A DNA stretch of 63,819 nt, filler included, from Octopus bimaculoides (taxonomy: Eukaryota), in assembly GCF_001194135.2 (NCBI RefSeq). It is 6 parts of 6 records of this genome, joined end to end, with 100 filler letters (N's around TTAATTAATTAA, not from the genome) between each part and the next. Parts side by side here need not be neighbours in the genome. Positions count along the whole stretch, not along the records: positions 1 to 31,910 come from NC_069000.1; 5 more parts are not named here. The stretch is one strand, 5' to 3'. Under the pieces are notes generated by a model, which saw only the letters and a program-made list of their open reading frames with translations, was not told the DNA's origin and did not search any database. The position numbers and the translations under genes were made by a program. Shown piece by piece: positions 12,499 through 26,537 of this stretch (position 1 is its first letter; every line of letters starts with the position of its first letter).

Positions 12499-12889
12499 GT
12501 GTAGGCGCAATGGCCTAATGGTTAGGGCAGCAGACTCACGGTCATAGGATCACGGTTTCAATTCCCAGACCGGGCTTTGTGAGTGTTTATTGAGCGAAAA
12601 CACCTAAAGCTCCACGAGGCTCCGGCAGGGGATGGTGGCAAACCCTGCTGTACTCTTTCACCACAACTTTCTCTCACTCTTACTTCCTGTTTCTGTTGTG
12701 CCTGTAATTCAAAGGGTCAGCCTTGTCACACTGTGTCACGCTGAATATCCCCGAGAACTACGTTAAGGGTACATGTGTCTGTGGAGTGCTCAGCCACTTG
12801 CACATTAATTTCACAAGCAGGCTGTTCCGTTGGTAGGATCAACTGGAACCCTCGACGTCGTAAGCCAACTAACTACCTAACACTACCTA
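12499..12889 (+). mobile_element. SINE family S1 with 13-bp TSD
   Basis: TSD actctcacgttgt at 12486-12498 and 12890-12902; tRNA-like head ggcgcaatggcctaatggttagggcagc. Confidence 0.9.
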
Positions 12890-13294
12890 ACTCTCACGTT
12901 GTAAAATGTGATGATGAACCATTGGCAATCCATATTAATCAGCTAAAATACTGAGACTTTAACTCTTTGCTGGATGCTGACAAACCATCCCAGGACTTTA
13001 GATAATTAACATGCACCACCAAAAAATGTATGCAAATGAACAAAAGCATATCATTTTTCATAAATAATTGGAAACATCTCTTTTTTTTTTTTTTTCTCAC
13101 TATCTGTTTCTTCCTCTAAATATTGATGATAGCAAAGTCTCTTGATGAGTTTGTGAAGGCAGCTGAAACTGAAAGGGTCGTGTAGTTAAATCTCAAGGTA
13201 GAATGTATGTTTATTAAGCCTACACATCAAAATTTATGGACAATTGATCAATAAAGATGTTGTTTCAGTCCTTTACACATGCATGCATACACAG

Positions 13295-13325
<31 letters not shown>

Positions 13326-13689
13326 AATATATACGTATATATGTATACATAGGCCAAAGATATATAATTTCTGCAAACTTATTTCAGGAAATCATGAAAT
13401 GAGTTTAAAGAAAAGCAAAACTGAATTCAATATAAATTGGTATAAAGTAAATTTAATAGAAGGAAAATTAATATACTTAGCCACTGACATCATACTGATA
13501 ACTGAAAACAGATAGAACTTGACTTAATTTTAGAAAACCATTATTAAGTCCAGTGAAAATGCTGAACTTTTCTTCAATATCAGTAAATCAAAAATATTGA
13601 CAATATTACCATATAATATATAGCTGTAGAGGAGATACATGGTTACTCAGGTGTCAGTTTTCAACTACCTACTATTTCACTACAGATAT

Positions 13690-13810
13690 TCAGGACATAA
13701 GAGATGAGTTTAAGACCAAATAATCCAAAAGGCACTCCTGTATGCCAAAGACCTAGTTCTCATAGCTGAATCTAACAAAAATTTTGAGAAGAAATCCCAA
13801 ATCGAGAAAC
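13690..13810 (+). pseudogene. RTE-type RT catalytic-motif remnant
   Basis: gca ctc ctg tat gcc aaa gac cta gtt ctc ata gct gaa tct = ALLYAKDLVLIAES, matching LLYADDLVLIAES. Confidence 0.7.
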
Positions 13811-13973
13811 AAAACCGAATATGAAAAAAAAAAAAAGTTTTAGTTTGCAGCAAATTTAATGGAACACTACTGCCATCATGGAAGTAGCCAAGTTTCATAT
13901 GCAGAGAAAGAAGTAGATCAGACCTCTTTACTTAGTATTCAATGTAAACTATTGATGTAGTAGCATCACTTAC

Positions 13974-14010
13974 AAGCTGACAAAGAAGGTTACTTCGGAT
14001 GTAGTAGATC
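13974..14010 (-). CDS. 37-nt internal exon (R)STTSEVTFFVS(L) of the PTB-adaptor gene
   Basis: Acceptor tttttacttaatatatag, donor CTT|gtaagt. Phase 1 in (C|GA = Arg), phase 2 out. Open in exactly the frame needed and aligns with the start of the C-terminal PTB helix. Confidence 0.65.
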
Positions 14011-15524
14011 CTATATATTAAGTAAAAAGTCTTGTCATCATTGTCTCAGCTCACTATGTTAATTGGGTTTTGGTGTACCCAAGTCAGTTGGTGACTCTTT
14101 GACTCTGCATAAATTTCTATTCTGTAATATAATTTGTAACTACCCCTGTAGGTACATATACATGTATATGGTTGGTACATTTGTAGACACCTCAATTGCA
14201 ATGTATAAATATAAAATACTATCCATTTCTTCGCACAGAATAGTTTTGATCTATGGATGTCTGAGTTATGGGACCAGCATGCTTCCATTGTACCAATCCA
14301 CTCAACAAGTGATTGAGAAAATATATATATATATATATATATGTATTAGTTCTTTTATTGCGCTCTGGGTTACATTAGTTCGTATTATGTCATCTGTCAT
14401 TGTTATTTAGTATTTATTTCTATGCATTGGACTTTGTTGAATGCATGAAATATAATAACTATACAATACATGCTGCAGAACTGGAAATGTTTGTTTACTT
14501 TCTGAAGGGTGAAAGTTCACTCAGAGTAGCGTTTGACAAACCACATGCGTAGATCTATGCATTGCAAATTTTCTGAGTGTCTCGTCATTTGCTATTTTAA
14601 GATCAGCCAGGAGCAAATCAGTTCTATAAATGTCTCCCCAGCACAGCACAGCTTAGCAAGCAAGCAAGCAAGCAAGCAAGCTTGTAAGTACATAGAGATA
14701 ATGAGTTAACATTAAGAGCATTGGTCAAATGGATTTTTACAAATGCTTGGAAGGTTTCCTAGAATGAGCTGATAGCTTCTGTTACTAGGTTACCTAATTA
14801 GTAGCAGGTGGGAAAATATTCACTTGACAACAAAGGGATTCCCTCTCCAAAGAGCATAAAGCCATAGGCTTTTGTAATGATACATTATGAGACTGACCAA
14901 GGAAAAACTGTATTGTCTGCACAGCCAGGTAGTTAAGAAGGCTCTGTGTTCAATTCTACAGCACAATACCTTGGGTGGACAAATGTCTACTGCAGCAGGC
15001 AAAAACTATGTAGAAGGTATTGCTTAATTCTGTGTTTATGTCTGCCTGGTGTAAAAACCAATATTGTATCAAAAAGCATAACTTGGTAATTTCCTAGATA
15101 TTGATATGATGAAAGGATTCAAGCAGAGAGACAATAGGTGAGCCAGAGATATTCACTTGCTATGAGGAATATAGAAACTGATGGTTTTTGATCCACATCC
15201 TTCTTTTAAGGGTGAAGATGAGACAGAAAGTGCTAATTGTTTAGGCCACTGAAGGTGAACCCTCATTTTTTATCTTAGTATATCATCAAACCTCATTTGA
15301 AGTCCACTTTTCCATACTTGCATAGATCAGATGAAGTTTGATGAGGCAGATTTACAGTAGTTAGATGCCTTTCCTGTTGCCAACCTTCACCTGTTTTCAA
15401 TTAACATTATATTTCTCATGGCCAAACATGTTTTTCATTTGAGACTAGAAATGAACAACATTGCTTGTATGATGCTGATGCTCATTTACAATCTTCTCAT
15501 TATTACTGTATCATATACTCTCTT

Positions 15525-15907
15525 TTACTTGTTTCAGTCATTTGACTGCGCCCATGCTGGAGCACTGCCTTTAGTCGAGCAAATCAACCCCAGGACTTAT
15601 TCTTTGGATGCCTAATACTTATTCCATCGGTCTCTTTTGCCGAACCGGTAAGTTACGGGGACGTAAACACACCACCATCGGTTGTCAAGCGATGTTGGGG
15701 GGACAAACACAGACACACAAACATATACATATATATATATATATATACGACAGGCTTCTTTCAGTTTCTGTCTACCAAATCCACTCACAAGGCTATGGTT
15801 GGCCCAAGGCTATAGTAGAAGACACTTACCCAAGGTGCCACGCAGTGGGAATGAACCCAGAACCATGTGGTTGGTAAGCAAGCTACTTACCACACAGCCA
15901 CTCCTTC
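15525..15907 (-). mobile_element. Full-length SINE family S2 with internal (AT)/(AC) tract
   Basis: Reverse complement of ggagtggctgtgtggtaagtagcttg...ccttgggtaagtgtcttctactatagcc...gaaactgaaagaagcc...gactgaaacaagtaaaag. Confidence 0.9.
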
Positions 15908-16279
15908 GCCTGTTTTTTTTTTCTTTTTGTTTACTGTTAGATAATTACTAATAGGCCACTTTTATGATAAAACTGCGGGGGAGATTCTTTCCTTTTTTCA
16001 AGCCCATGCCTGACTTTTAAAAGACCCCACTCCACTCCCTGTGGCATGTCACTACTGGAACATGTGAAGTAATTTCTCGTTATCACTGGCTTAGGCTGTA
16101 GGTAAGTCAGACAGGTAAACAGAAAAGTCAAGAAAATAAGACACGGGTGGGGAGAGGAAGAGGAGGGGTGCAGCTTCAAAGGGAGGCTAAGTAGGAAGAT
16201 AGTTTTTGTGTGTGGTAGATGCTCAGGAGCAATAAACACTGAAAATGTGCAGAGAATAACTTCTACCACATTCCAGGGA

Positions 16280-16760
16280 GAAAAACTAGAAGTAGTTGGT
16301 AGCATCCGTGCTAGTGGAGCGCTGAGAGCACCATCCAAGCGTGATCGTTGCCAGGGTCGCTGACTGGCCCCCGCGCTGGTGGCATGAAAAAAGCACCATT
16401 CGAGCGTGATCATTAACAGCGTCACCCGACTGACATTTGTGCCGGTGGTACGTGGAAAACAAAATTCGGGCGAGGTCATTGCTAGTGCCGCTGGACTGGC
16501 TCCTGTGCAGGTGACACATAAAAACACCATTTGAGCGTGGCCGTTGCCAGTACCACCTGACTGGCCCTTGTGCCGGTGGCACGTAAAAGCACCCACTACA
16601 CTCTCAGAGTGGTTGGCATTAGAAAGGGCATCAAGCAGTAGAAACTGTCAGATCAGATTGGAGTCTGGTGCAGCCATCTGGCTCACCAGTACGCAGTCAA
16701 ACTGTCCAACCCATGCCAGCATGGAAAGCAGACATTAAACGATGATGATGATGATGATGA
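16280..16760. mobile_element. Repeat family S4 with internal tandem units of about 60 bp
   Basis: Several imperfect units ...ggtggca..aaaagcaccattcgagcgtgatc...gactggc at about 16310-16600, then the S4 terminus ending in (GAT)n. Confidence 0.8.
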
Positions 16761-17120
16761 TATATATATAAAGGTTGGCCATGATGTTAATACTTTTGAT
16801 CTAACCTGACTTTCAAGAAAAAGCAGATTAAGTACAACCAATAAGTATTCTGATTTTAGGGGATCAAATATTCTCAGACATAGTACAGCTGTTATGTGAA
16901 CTCTGATTGGAGGTGACAGGTGGGAGAACGAGAACAGTTTATAAATATGGGGCTACACTCATTGAAATGGAACTTCACACTGTGAGACAAGAGAGAGTTT
17001 GCCAATTTACAAGTACACACAGCATGTTGATAAGAAGGAGGAGCATGTCAATGCAGGTATAATCAAAACTTATTTTCACAATGTGTGTGTAAAAAAGAGA
17101 AAGAGCGAGATAGGGAGAGT

Positions 17121-17166
<46 letters not shown>

Positions 17167-17309
17167 GAAGGAGAGAAAAAACAGGAAGGAAGAGAGAGTG
17201 GGAATGAATGAATACATGCTGGAATGAAAGATACAAAAACTGTGTGTGTGTATGTGTATTTGCTGACACACAAATAAGATATCATCATCATTTAATGTCT
17301 GTGATGATG

Positions 17310-17344
<35 letters not shown>

Positions 17345-18264
17345 ACCAACAGTAAACAACATGAAATATGAAAACAAATGAGTTCAATACGCAGAAAGAA
17401 GCAAATGGAAAACAGGACAAGTAAGATAAAGAATGACTCTTCATCAGTTGTCGGCTGTCTATCTACTCCTTATTTCGAGTATTGAACAACATATATGTNN
17501 NNNNNNNNNNNNNNNNNNNNNNNNNNNNNNNNNNNNNNNNNNNNNNNNNNNNNNNNNNNNNNNNNNNNNNNNNNNNNNNNNNNNNNNNNNNNNNNNNNNN
17601 NNNNNNNNNNNNNNNNNNNNNNNNNNNNNNNNNNNNNNNNNNNNNNNNNNNNNNNNNNNNNNNNNNNNNNNNNNNNNNNNNNNNNNNNNNNNNNNNNNNN
17701 NNNNNNNNNNNNNNNNNNNNNNNNNNNNNNNNNNNNNNNNNNNNNNNNNNNNNNNNNNNNNNNNNNNNNNNNNNNNNNNNNNNNNNNNNNNNNNNNNNNN
17801 NNNNNNNNNNNNNNNTTTTTTTGTTGGTGAGGGGTGAGGAGTGACAGAGGTTTATTAATTTATTTAGTCAGTCAGTCAGTCATTCATTTACTGTGCCATC
17901 CCCTCTGCCAACTAAGCCACTGAGCATCTGAAAATCTATCAACTCTGATGCACAGGTGTTCGTTCCTATGGCAACAAGATCAATGAGAAAAAAAAAATCT
18001 TTTAACAGGCTCAAGTTACAGGCAAAAATTACAGTTATTTTGTTTCTATTTTTCTTCATTTTATACACAACAGGCAGCTCTTTCAACCTCAGCCTTTTCT
18101 CTTCCTCATGCCATCCTAGGTCTTCTGCCAGCCAACTAGCTAGAGGCACCAGAGTAAATGAGGTTATGTCTAGCATTACTTTACGCACAAACAGAAGAGA
18201 TCGTTAAACCAGTAGAATGAATACCATTGCAAGGCTGGGTAATCAAAACAAAATAAATTACCTT

Positions 18265-18660
18265 TACTTTTTACCTGTTTCATTCATTAGACTGGCTTTG
18301 AAGAATGTTAACCAAATGAAGCAACCCTGGTACTTCTTTTTTAAGCTTGGTACTTCATCAATCATTCTCATTTGCTGAACCACTAAGTTACAGGGGCATA
18401 TACCCACCAACACCAGTTGTCAAGAAATGGTAGGGGACAAACAAAGATACACACACACACACACACATATATATACATACATACACAGACATACATATAC
18501 ATGACAGGCTTCTTTTAGTTTCCATCAACCAAATCCATTCACAAGACTTTGGTCAGCCCAAGATTATAGTAGAAAACACTTGCCCAAGGTGCCAGACAGT
18601 GGGACTGAACCCAGAACCATGTGGTTGGGAAGAAACCTTCCTACCACACAGCCACACCTG
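18265..18660 (-). mobile_element. Decayed SINE family S2
   Basis: Same blocks as 15525-15907. Confidence 0.8.
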
Positions 18661-19194
18661 TGCCTTAAACTAATTTAAATATTAAAAATCCATCTCGTAG
18701 GCTTACTTATTAACTCATATTATATACTGATGTTTGATATTAAACATTGTCAGGCTCACCTTTTTAATACATTGCCTGGTTTAATTCCAATCCCTACACC
18801 AAGGCTTATGTAGGTCTACTCAGTTGCAAACATTTCATACAGATAGCTTGATATCTTAATGTGCTGCTTCATAACACAACAATGCAAGAGTTATGATCTG
18901 CTATTCACTTTACCCCCACTAGATTTGTCAGGGAAAAGATCCTGAAAAAAGCTATGGACCTTGTACTTCAATTTGTGACAAAGCAAGAAAAAAAAAAAAT
19001 TATATCCACAATGAAGGTTAACTTTTCTGTCAAGCCATATTGAGGGTTACTCCTCCTTTCAAGTCACAATAAGGGTAAAAAAATCTTAACATTTATAATG
19101 AGAGTTAACCTTTCTTTAAAGCTATATTGAAGGTTACCCTACCTTTGAAGTAACAATGATGGGGGTGGTGGAGTTGAGTCGAGCTTCCTTTCGG

Positions 19195-19530
19195 GCCACT
19201 GTGAAGCCATATGGGGAACCTTAGAATTCTCAATTCATGAACGATACCCTCCTGTTATTTATCTCAGCATTCATTTGGAAAATAGGCAGTGAATTTACAT
19301 CACAGAAGACAACTTCAGTCAACAAGCAGCTGCCCAGCAAAAGGCCACTCTCATGGCCTTCTTTGACCTTTGCAAAGTTGACCCCCTCACAAAGTCTATT
19401 TTGTATGTCGAAGTGCCACATTATTATACATGGAGTCAATCATCTTCCCAGTTGCAATGACGAAAACAAGGCCTGCCTATGCAGTTGGATCCAGCCATAT
19501 ACAAAGGCGACACAATCAGATGCATCCTGA
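19195..19530 (+). pseudogene. Helitron Rep/helicase gene remnant
   Basis: HCEAIWGTLEFSIHERYPPVIYLSIHLENRQ*IYITEDN...KATLMAFFDLCKVDPLTKSILYVEVPHYYTW...Q*RKQG matches the Helitron pattern EA.WRI.EF.IH.R.P.V..L.VHLENGQ...TTLTAFF.LC..D..A+.LLY.EVP..YTW...RRKQG; two in-frame stops. Confidence 0.85.
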
Positions 19531-19734
19531 TATAATTTATAATATATTTTCTTATACAGTTCAAATTTACTATTTGATGGACTTTTAATTCGAAACAGTG
19601 CATCATCCCTATATAGTCTGCCCATTATTTCATTATTAAATTTATATCGAATGTATATGCCCACTATGTCTGTTACTTGGGCTGAGTCCGTGGACCCCAT
19701 GGTAATGTCAAATGAATTATATGAGCCCTTTCTA

Positions 19735-20260
19735 ACATGATACTAAATATACTAATAAGAAAGGCAAAAGTAAAACATCCAGAAAAACAGAAATTAATAG
19801 CATCGATAAGAATATACTTGAAAATTCTTATAATAGACATAATATAAATAATAAATTAAGATATAGTCCTTGCATAAATTCTGAAAATCATATGGATTAT
19901 GAGTGTCTTAATAAAACAAATCCCTTTGCAAGTCAAATTAAAAATAACATAGTCAAATCCATTTACCAAAGATAAGTATAGTGAAATTATTAATTCTAAG
20001 TCTATAAGAGTTGGTCATTCCCTATCAAAGAATTTATCAAACAAATAATAAATTAAACCTAGCATTAAAAATACAGAAATAATATCATAACTATGGCTTA
20101 ATTTCAAAAAACAAACAAATCAAAATAACTGGAAATAACAAATATAAAATAACATATACTATATTATGATTGAATTTCATTTCAATAACAGAGATGAAAC
20201 TTTACTATCTATTAGATAATATAACTACTTTTAATCCAAGCAAGGATATTAACCATGCAA
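19735..20260 (+). pseudogene. Possible heavily decayed Penelope-like element ORF remnant
   Basis: About 80 stop-free codons in very AT-rich DNA ending NPFASQIKNNIVKSI, then after a shift KYSEIINSKSIRVGHSLSKNL, reminiscent of the PLE linker NPP+..++K.NI...F / IFN+.++++SYS...N+. Weak. Confidence 0.3.
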
Positions 20261-20806
20261 AGGTATTAGAATAAATAAAAATAATATATACATTACATTA
20301 TGTAATATTTTAATGTATGCTTAATAATAGTAATCATAATATTGAGCATTGACATTCACTAATTAACCAAATAATGACACATTTTAATTTTAGTACAAAT
20401 TTTAGGAAGATATAAATTAAAATTTAACTATAATTAGTACAACTTAATATAAATATACTTACAAACCTAACATAATATAATCATAAATAACATACACTTA
20501 TGTTAGATAAAACAATACTTAAAAATCAGTTTGATAGTTATGGTAATAATAAAATTGAGTATAGATCCCTATTAATTAATTGTATAACATTATACATTTT
20601 AATTTAGATAAAAATACTATAAATCTATCAATGAAATCAATTTTTATGTAATACACCAAATAAATCCACGTAATAAACAAATGTATAGAGTGAGTCCAAA
20701 TACGAATATTAAGTACACCATCCCAACATATATTCTAATGTATAAATATATAACCCTATAACTGGTAATAAATATAATCATTAATATAATTACTTTAATA
20801 ATCTTT

Positions 20807-20839
<33 letters not shown>

Positions 20840-22153
20840 GCTTAAGATCAAATGGAGCAACTTTAGAACGAAATATCTATATATGCACACACACACACAC
20901 ACACGCACACACACACACACAATATATAATATATACAAATACACACGCATCCACGTGTATAAACATAGAAACATGAACATACACGATCACAAAAGTACTG
21001 AACATACTTTTGTATTTAAATATAATTGATGTATAATTAATTAATCTTCCATCATAATGAATGCATAATTGAGAACCAATATAACTTACGATGAAAACAC
21101 ACATACAAAGGAATATGTATATATAAACACATGCACACACAATAATAAATAAACGTATATATAAACACATGCACACACAATAATAAATAAACAAAGGCAT
21201 CCATACTTTTTACTATATACTTATTCTATTTTTACTTTTCTATTTATTATTTTTTATTTTGTACTTTTATTTCATTTTTATCTTTACTTTATTTCTGTTC
21301 ATATATAAATTAATCTATATACCTAAAGAAGTAAATTGGAAAGAAACATATATACCAATGCACATATTGACATACATACTTGTTGCATGTGTGTGTATGT
21401 GTGTATGTCTGTATTTGAGTACATGTACATAGGTGCTATTCAAACATTAGTATAAATTTTGTTTCACTTTTACTTTGTTTTATTCCATGAACATAAATTT
21501 TATTTTTATTTTAGTTTCTTTTATTCATCATATTACTTCACCTGTATATTATTCAACCCATCATTATTATTATTATTATTATTATTACTGAATTGAAATA
21601 AAAGGAATAATCTTAACGCATGTGTACCCACACACATGTAAACACACACACATAGTAAACATGTCTGTATATTCTGTGTATTCCGAACGTATCTTAATGT
21701 AATCCTTATCGTCCCTTGTACACCCTGATGATTTTCCATACAAGCTATTTAAAATGCAAAATTATAAATGTTTTGTAATTCTAACTTTGTTTGTGAAATG
21801 AAACAATTGCTGGTGAATATGTTGATGAATTAATAAATTAATTTGTATCTATTAGATCCATTAGATCTCTCTGCATCTATGCAGCATGAACAGGTCTCGG
21901 TTTGAGAGCGGCAAAAATATTTGGACCCAAATTAAATTTAAATATTTTGTTATGTGTTCTTAAATGGCCTACAAACATCTTCCACTCTGCAATTGTCTTT
22001 GAGAATTAAATGTTGAAGTAGTTTTTTGCTTTCCTTGAATGGCTAACAAATATCTTCAAAGCTGTAATTGCTATATATATATATATATATTATAAGGTTT
22101 TTAAACTTTTAAATTTTCATATTATTATTATTATTTACATCCTCTGGAAAAAT

Positions 22154-22195
<42 letters not shown>

Positions 22196-22197
<2 letters not shown>

Positions 22198-22355
22198 TCA
22201 TCATCGTTTAACGTCCGCTTTCCATGCTAGCATGGGTTGGATGATTTGACTGAGGACTGGTGCAACCGGATGGCTACACCAGGCTCCAATCTAAATTTGG
22301 CAGAGTTTCTACAGCTGGATGCCCTTCCTAACGCCAACCACTCAGAGAGTGTAGG
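22196..22355. mobile_element. Truncated S4 repeat
   Basis: catcatcatcgtttaacgtccgctttccatgctagcatggg...ctggatgcccttcctaacgccaaccactcagagagtgta. Confidence 0.85.
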
Positions 22356-22357
22356 AC

Positions 22358-22406
<49 letters not shown>

Positions 22407-22485
22407 TACATACACACACATTGCAAAAACCTTGTGAAAAATAGAAACCCAAGATTTCCTGGATGAAATACATAAATATATTATT

Positions 22486-22536
22486 AATGATCCGACACTA
22501 ATGATCCAACACTAATGATCCGACACTAATGATCCA
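22486..22536. repeat. 14-bp minisatellite (ctaatgatccgaca) x about 3.5
   Basis: Direct reading. Confidence 0.85.
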
Positions 22537-22726
22537 ATAAAGCAGAGGCCTAGAAGATGAAATACCACAAAGCAGTTATTAACAGACTGTGCATTCAACA
22601 TTAAAAAATAATGATGAATTAATAAGATATATTAACTGAACAAGTAATACACAACTAAACATAAGCTTTAGTACAAACAATTGGCAGTCACCCAATTGGC
22701 GGAATTATTATGTAAGCATGTGCTAA

Positions 22727-22890
22727 AACCCCTCATAACTTTTTTATTTTTACGAACTTTCACAAATTTTTTTTTGATTCTGGTGCATCATCACTATAAA
22801 CTTCCTTCATCACATCAGAAGTCTCTTTTGGTGTATGACCTTTCATATAAGCACCTAATCACCAATCTGCATTCAACTACCTCCATTATA
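22727..22890 (-). mobile_element. Internally deleted mariner element (transposase N-terminal remnant next to a TIR-like end)
   Basis: MEVVECRLVIRCLY/KGHTPKETSDVMKEVYSDDAP (one frameshift) matches mariner N-terminal KG.TPKE...EMKEVYG+DAP; followed by aaagttcgtaaaaataaaaaagttatgaggggt. Confidence 0.7.
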
Positions 22891-25009
22891 ATAACTTAGT
22901 CCACTTCAGCAGCGGTAAAAGACAATCAAATACTAGTGGAAAGCAGAAATTTACAATGTGATATGTAGAGATATATGATTATACCCGTACAATTCGTTTC
23001 CTGCAATGACTGGAAGTGGGTCAAGGGAAATCTTTAATGGACACCCACTCTTATATGCAATTAAGGTAAACATTTCCAGTCTTAGATTGTGTATATGTGT
23101 TTGCAATTTTATAGTCTTCAGTATCAAGAAAAAAAATTGTAGCTTCATAGATTGCTACTATTCTATTATTCATAGTCCGGAATGAAAAGTTATGTATTTT
23201 TTTCTTGGCTCTCTCTTTTCTATCTTTCCACCAAGGTAGCCAGAACCAAGAAATTGGGGAAACCAGGCAAGAAACCATATGGATACTATGCATTTAATAT
23301 ATCATGCAACATAAAGCAATTTTCTTTTGCATCTGTTTAGTAGCAAAAATTTTTCCAAGATACAAAAAGAAAAAAAACATCTGAATTTTGATAGAAAAAT
23401 ATATTTGGAGAAATAAACACCTTTTTCTTTACAGCACAAATATATTGAACCAATAAATAAACACAGTAGTATATTATAAGGGTTAATCTAATTATGATTT
23501 CTTTTTTTCTTAAACACACGATATTTAATATAAAAAAAAAATATCACCTTCAATATACAGAGAAATAGTGTATATTTATATATCAGTGACATTTCCTGCA
23601 TGAATGCAAAGGATGCAATGCATGTCTGAGATATGTAAATAAGTGCTGATAGCAAATCTGATTTTCATATAAAGTTTTAATTTTTTGAGGAACATTGGAA
23701 TAAAAAAAAAATATGAGTGTGAGAGTACGCATGCATCCTTTTTCAATTATGTGATTTTGTAATTATAAAAATGCATGCTCAGGCTTATGTACCAGGAGGT
23801 AACCTCTATTTATTTAGTATGCATGTATGTATGTACACATGTGTACATATATAAGTTTGAAGGAATTGGTGTGTTCTTTTTCTTAACATAGAAATGTCAG
23901 GCCAACAGACTGACCCACTCAACTTATAAGGGTTAAACTAATAATGAAGTTGTGTCATTTCTTTCCAAAGTGCGGAGTTGTTAATTTGCAAAGTCGAATT
24001 TTAATTGAACCAACGGGCCTAAAACAAACATCCACAATCAGCACAAATAATATTATTACAATTTAAAATTGGTGAAAAATAAATATTTATAGCCCAAGAA
24101 ATGTAGTATGTAGTTTCTGTAAATGATGTGACTTAATTAATGCTGCCTGCAGCTAGATTAAGAAAAGAGTAGGAGAAGTTGTGTGTGTGTGAGAGAGAGA
24201 GAGAAAAAGAGAGAGGGTTATTATTGTTAGTGACACACAAAAAGTTTCTCTCTCACTGTGGAGGGACAAATTTTATGAAGCACATGGCAGAAATGTGATT
24301 TGTGTGATTGTGAGACATGGGCATTAAATATGAAACATCTGTAAAGAAAAACATGGTGTGCCTGATGTGTTGAATGTGAAATGCACACTAAAAAATTAAT
24401 AAATAAAGCCCATATCACCACCAGTTTTATGGCCTGGATTGCACAAATTGTTTTGCAATTGTGTGATGCCAATCAATCAGTGAATACAAGGAACAATGGA
24501 GAAAAAATTTTTTTTTCTTCAGTCAGATGCCAATTTTTATAGCACAGACAGTAACTGAGGTATTGGTTGAACATTAACCACAAATAGCATGGTTGCACAG
24601 ACATTAACAGGTAATGTAAAAGAATTTGTTTATTTTATTCATGGGAATAATTTCTTTTACTACTTCTCTGAACTGTCATTAAACTATATTTCGGTCCCTA
24701 TGGCAGATATGCAAAAGGACTGTATAAAACTTTGCAGTACAGCTTTACATTCAAAGTTCAAACCCTACTGAGATCAAGTACCATTCATCATGTTGACTTA
24801 GTGATAAAGTACAAATCAAATACTGGGGATGGCACAATTAACTGTATTAACTGTTACCCTCCAAATTTGTTGCTGTGTGTTGATGTAAGAAACCTTTATA
24901 GTAACTGTTACATCAATAAAAACTGAGCGGGTAGATTTGTTGGTACCCATTTATAACAAAGTTTAAATTTCTTCTCCCAAAGTCACTTGCTAAACTTAAG
25001 CCTATGGGA

Positions 25010-25071
<62 letters not shown>

Positions 25072-26537
25072 AATGACTAACAAGAAAAATAGAGCGAGCA
25101 AATCATTTTACTTCAATTTACAAGTGTTTCAGCTTAATCCAATTCAATCTATCTTGCAACATTATGTAATAATACATGCAACTATTGGTTACTTTCCATG
25201 TGCCATTCAAGTTAATCCTAATAACATACGCTGAGTAAGAATCTTTAGAATTGTGAATAAAAAGGCAAAAATATGAAGTAGTCACTGTGCATCAAAAGTT
25301 TCAACTTTTGGTCATTTTAATGCCCACTTTTCTATCCTTCTAACTGGTCAGATGAAATACATTGAAGCAGAATCACTATGGCCAGATGGATACCCTTCCT
25401 GACATCAACCCTTACCCAAAGTGCTACACAGTAGGACTGAACCCAAAACAACATGGCTGGAAATGAACTTCTCAACAACAGCCATGCTTGTGTGCACGCT
25501 TGTGCATGCACAAACACACACACACACACGTTAGACAACAGGAAAATAGTCCATCTCAACACAAAACAAAGAAGCATTGTACATATGAAATATAATCAAC
25601 TTAGTTGACACTTCTTACTTCAAGTATCTTCTTTATATTACAACATGAGAACAAAAGAAATTAGCTAACCCTCATGATATAATGGTATATGTTTAGCTAA
25701 TAATAATTATTTATAATTTAGGTACAAGGCCAGCAATCTTGAAGGCGGGCATTAGTTGATACCATTTCTTTGACTGGTTCTTAATTTTATTGATGCTAGT
25801 GCAATATAAAGGAAAGCTGGTCCCAGAATGTGAACAACCAGAAGAAATCCTGCAATACATTTTGACTGCAACTCAAAAGATTCTACTACTCTACCAATCT
25901 AATAATAATAATAATAATAATAATGATGGTTCCAAATTTTGCAACAAGGCCAGCAATTTTGGGAGAGGGGATAAATCAATTATATCAATCCCAGTTCTCG
26001 ACTAGTACCAACGCCAAAAGGATGAAAGACAAGGTTGATCTCGGCATTTTGCCTGATATGCTAATGCTTCTGCCAGCTTGCTACCTTTATAATAATAATG
26101 ATGTTTGTAATATAAGCACAAGACCAGAAGTTTGGAGGAGGGGGCTTGTCAATACCATCAGCCCCCAATATTTGATTGGCATGGTATTTTATCAACACCC
26201 CCCCACCTCTCCAAGGGATGAAAAAGAACTGACACTTGAGATTTGAACTCAGAACACAAATACCACATGGTATTTTGTTTAGCTGTGGTATATATCATCA
26301 TGTTTTTGCAGTATAATGAAAATGACACTGCTTGTATGACAGTGACATTCATTTACAACTATCACACAATGTTAAAGAAAAGCAAGCAAGCGCACACACA
26401 CACACACAGAACTGTAAAGTGTGGTGAGTTATGTAGCGGCTAAACAAAAAAAAAAGAGGAGATACTCTAGCATGGGCACCACCAGATGAAGGAGTTCAAA
26501 ACTAACCAACAACCTGAAACTACAAGGTTACACTCAC

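Noticed and set aside
16310-16600. Repeat units of about 60 bp resembling a repeat-spacer array
   Set aside because: Whole units are degenerate copies with no unique spacers, inside a dispersed eukaryotic repeat; a minisatellite, not CRISPR. ORF 15937..16596 is a by-product.
17440-17490. Minus-strand GAAA ... CTGATGA arrangement suggesting a permuted hammerhead
   Set aside because: Stems I and III cannot be formed around the core.
19735-20770. NUMT hypothesis for the AT-rich block
   Set aside because: No recognisable mitochondrial protein, rRNA or tRNA motif in the frames I translated.
21660-21744. CpG-containing minus-strand frame LYGKSSGCTRDDKDYIKIRSEYTEY after a plausible acceptor
   Set aside because: No convincing donor, and it is not needed for the phase chain.
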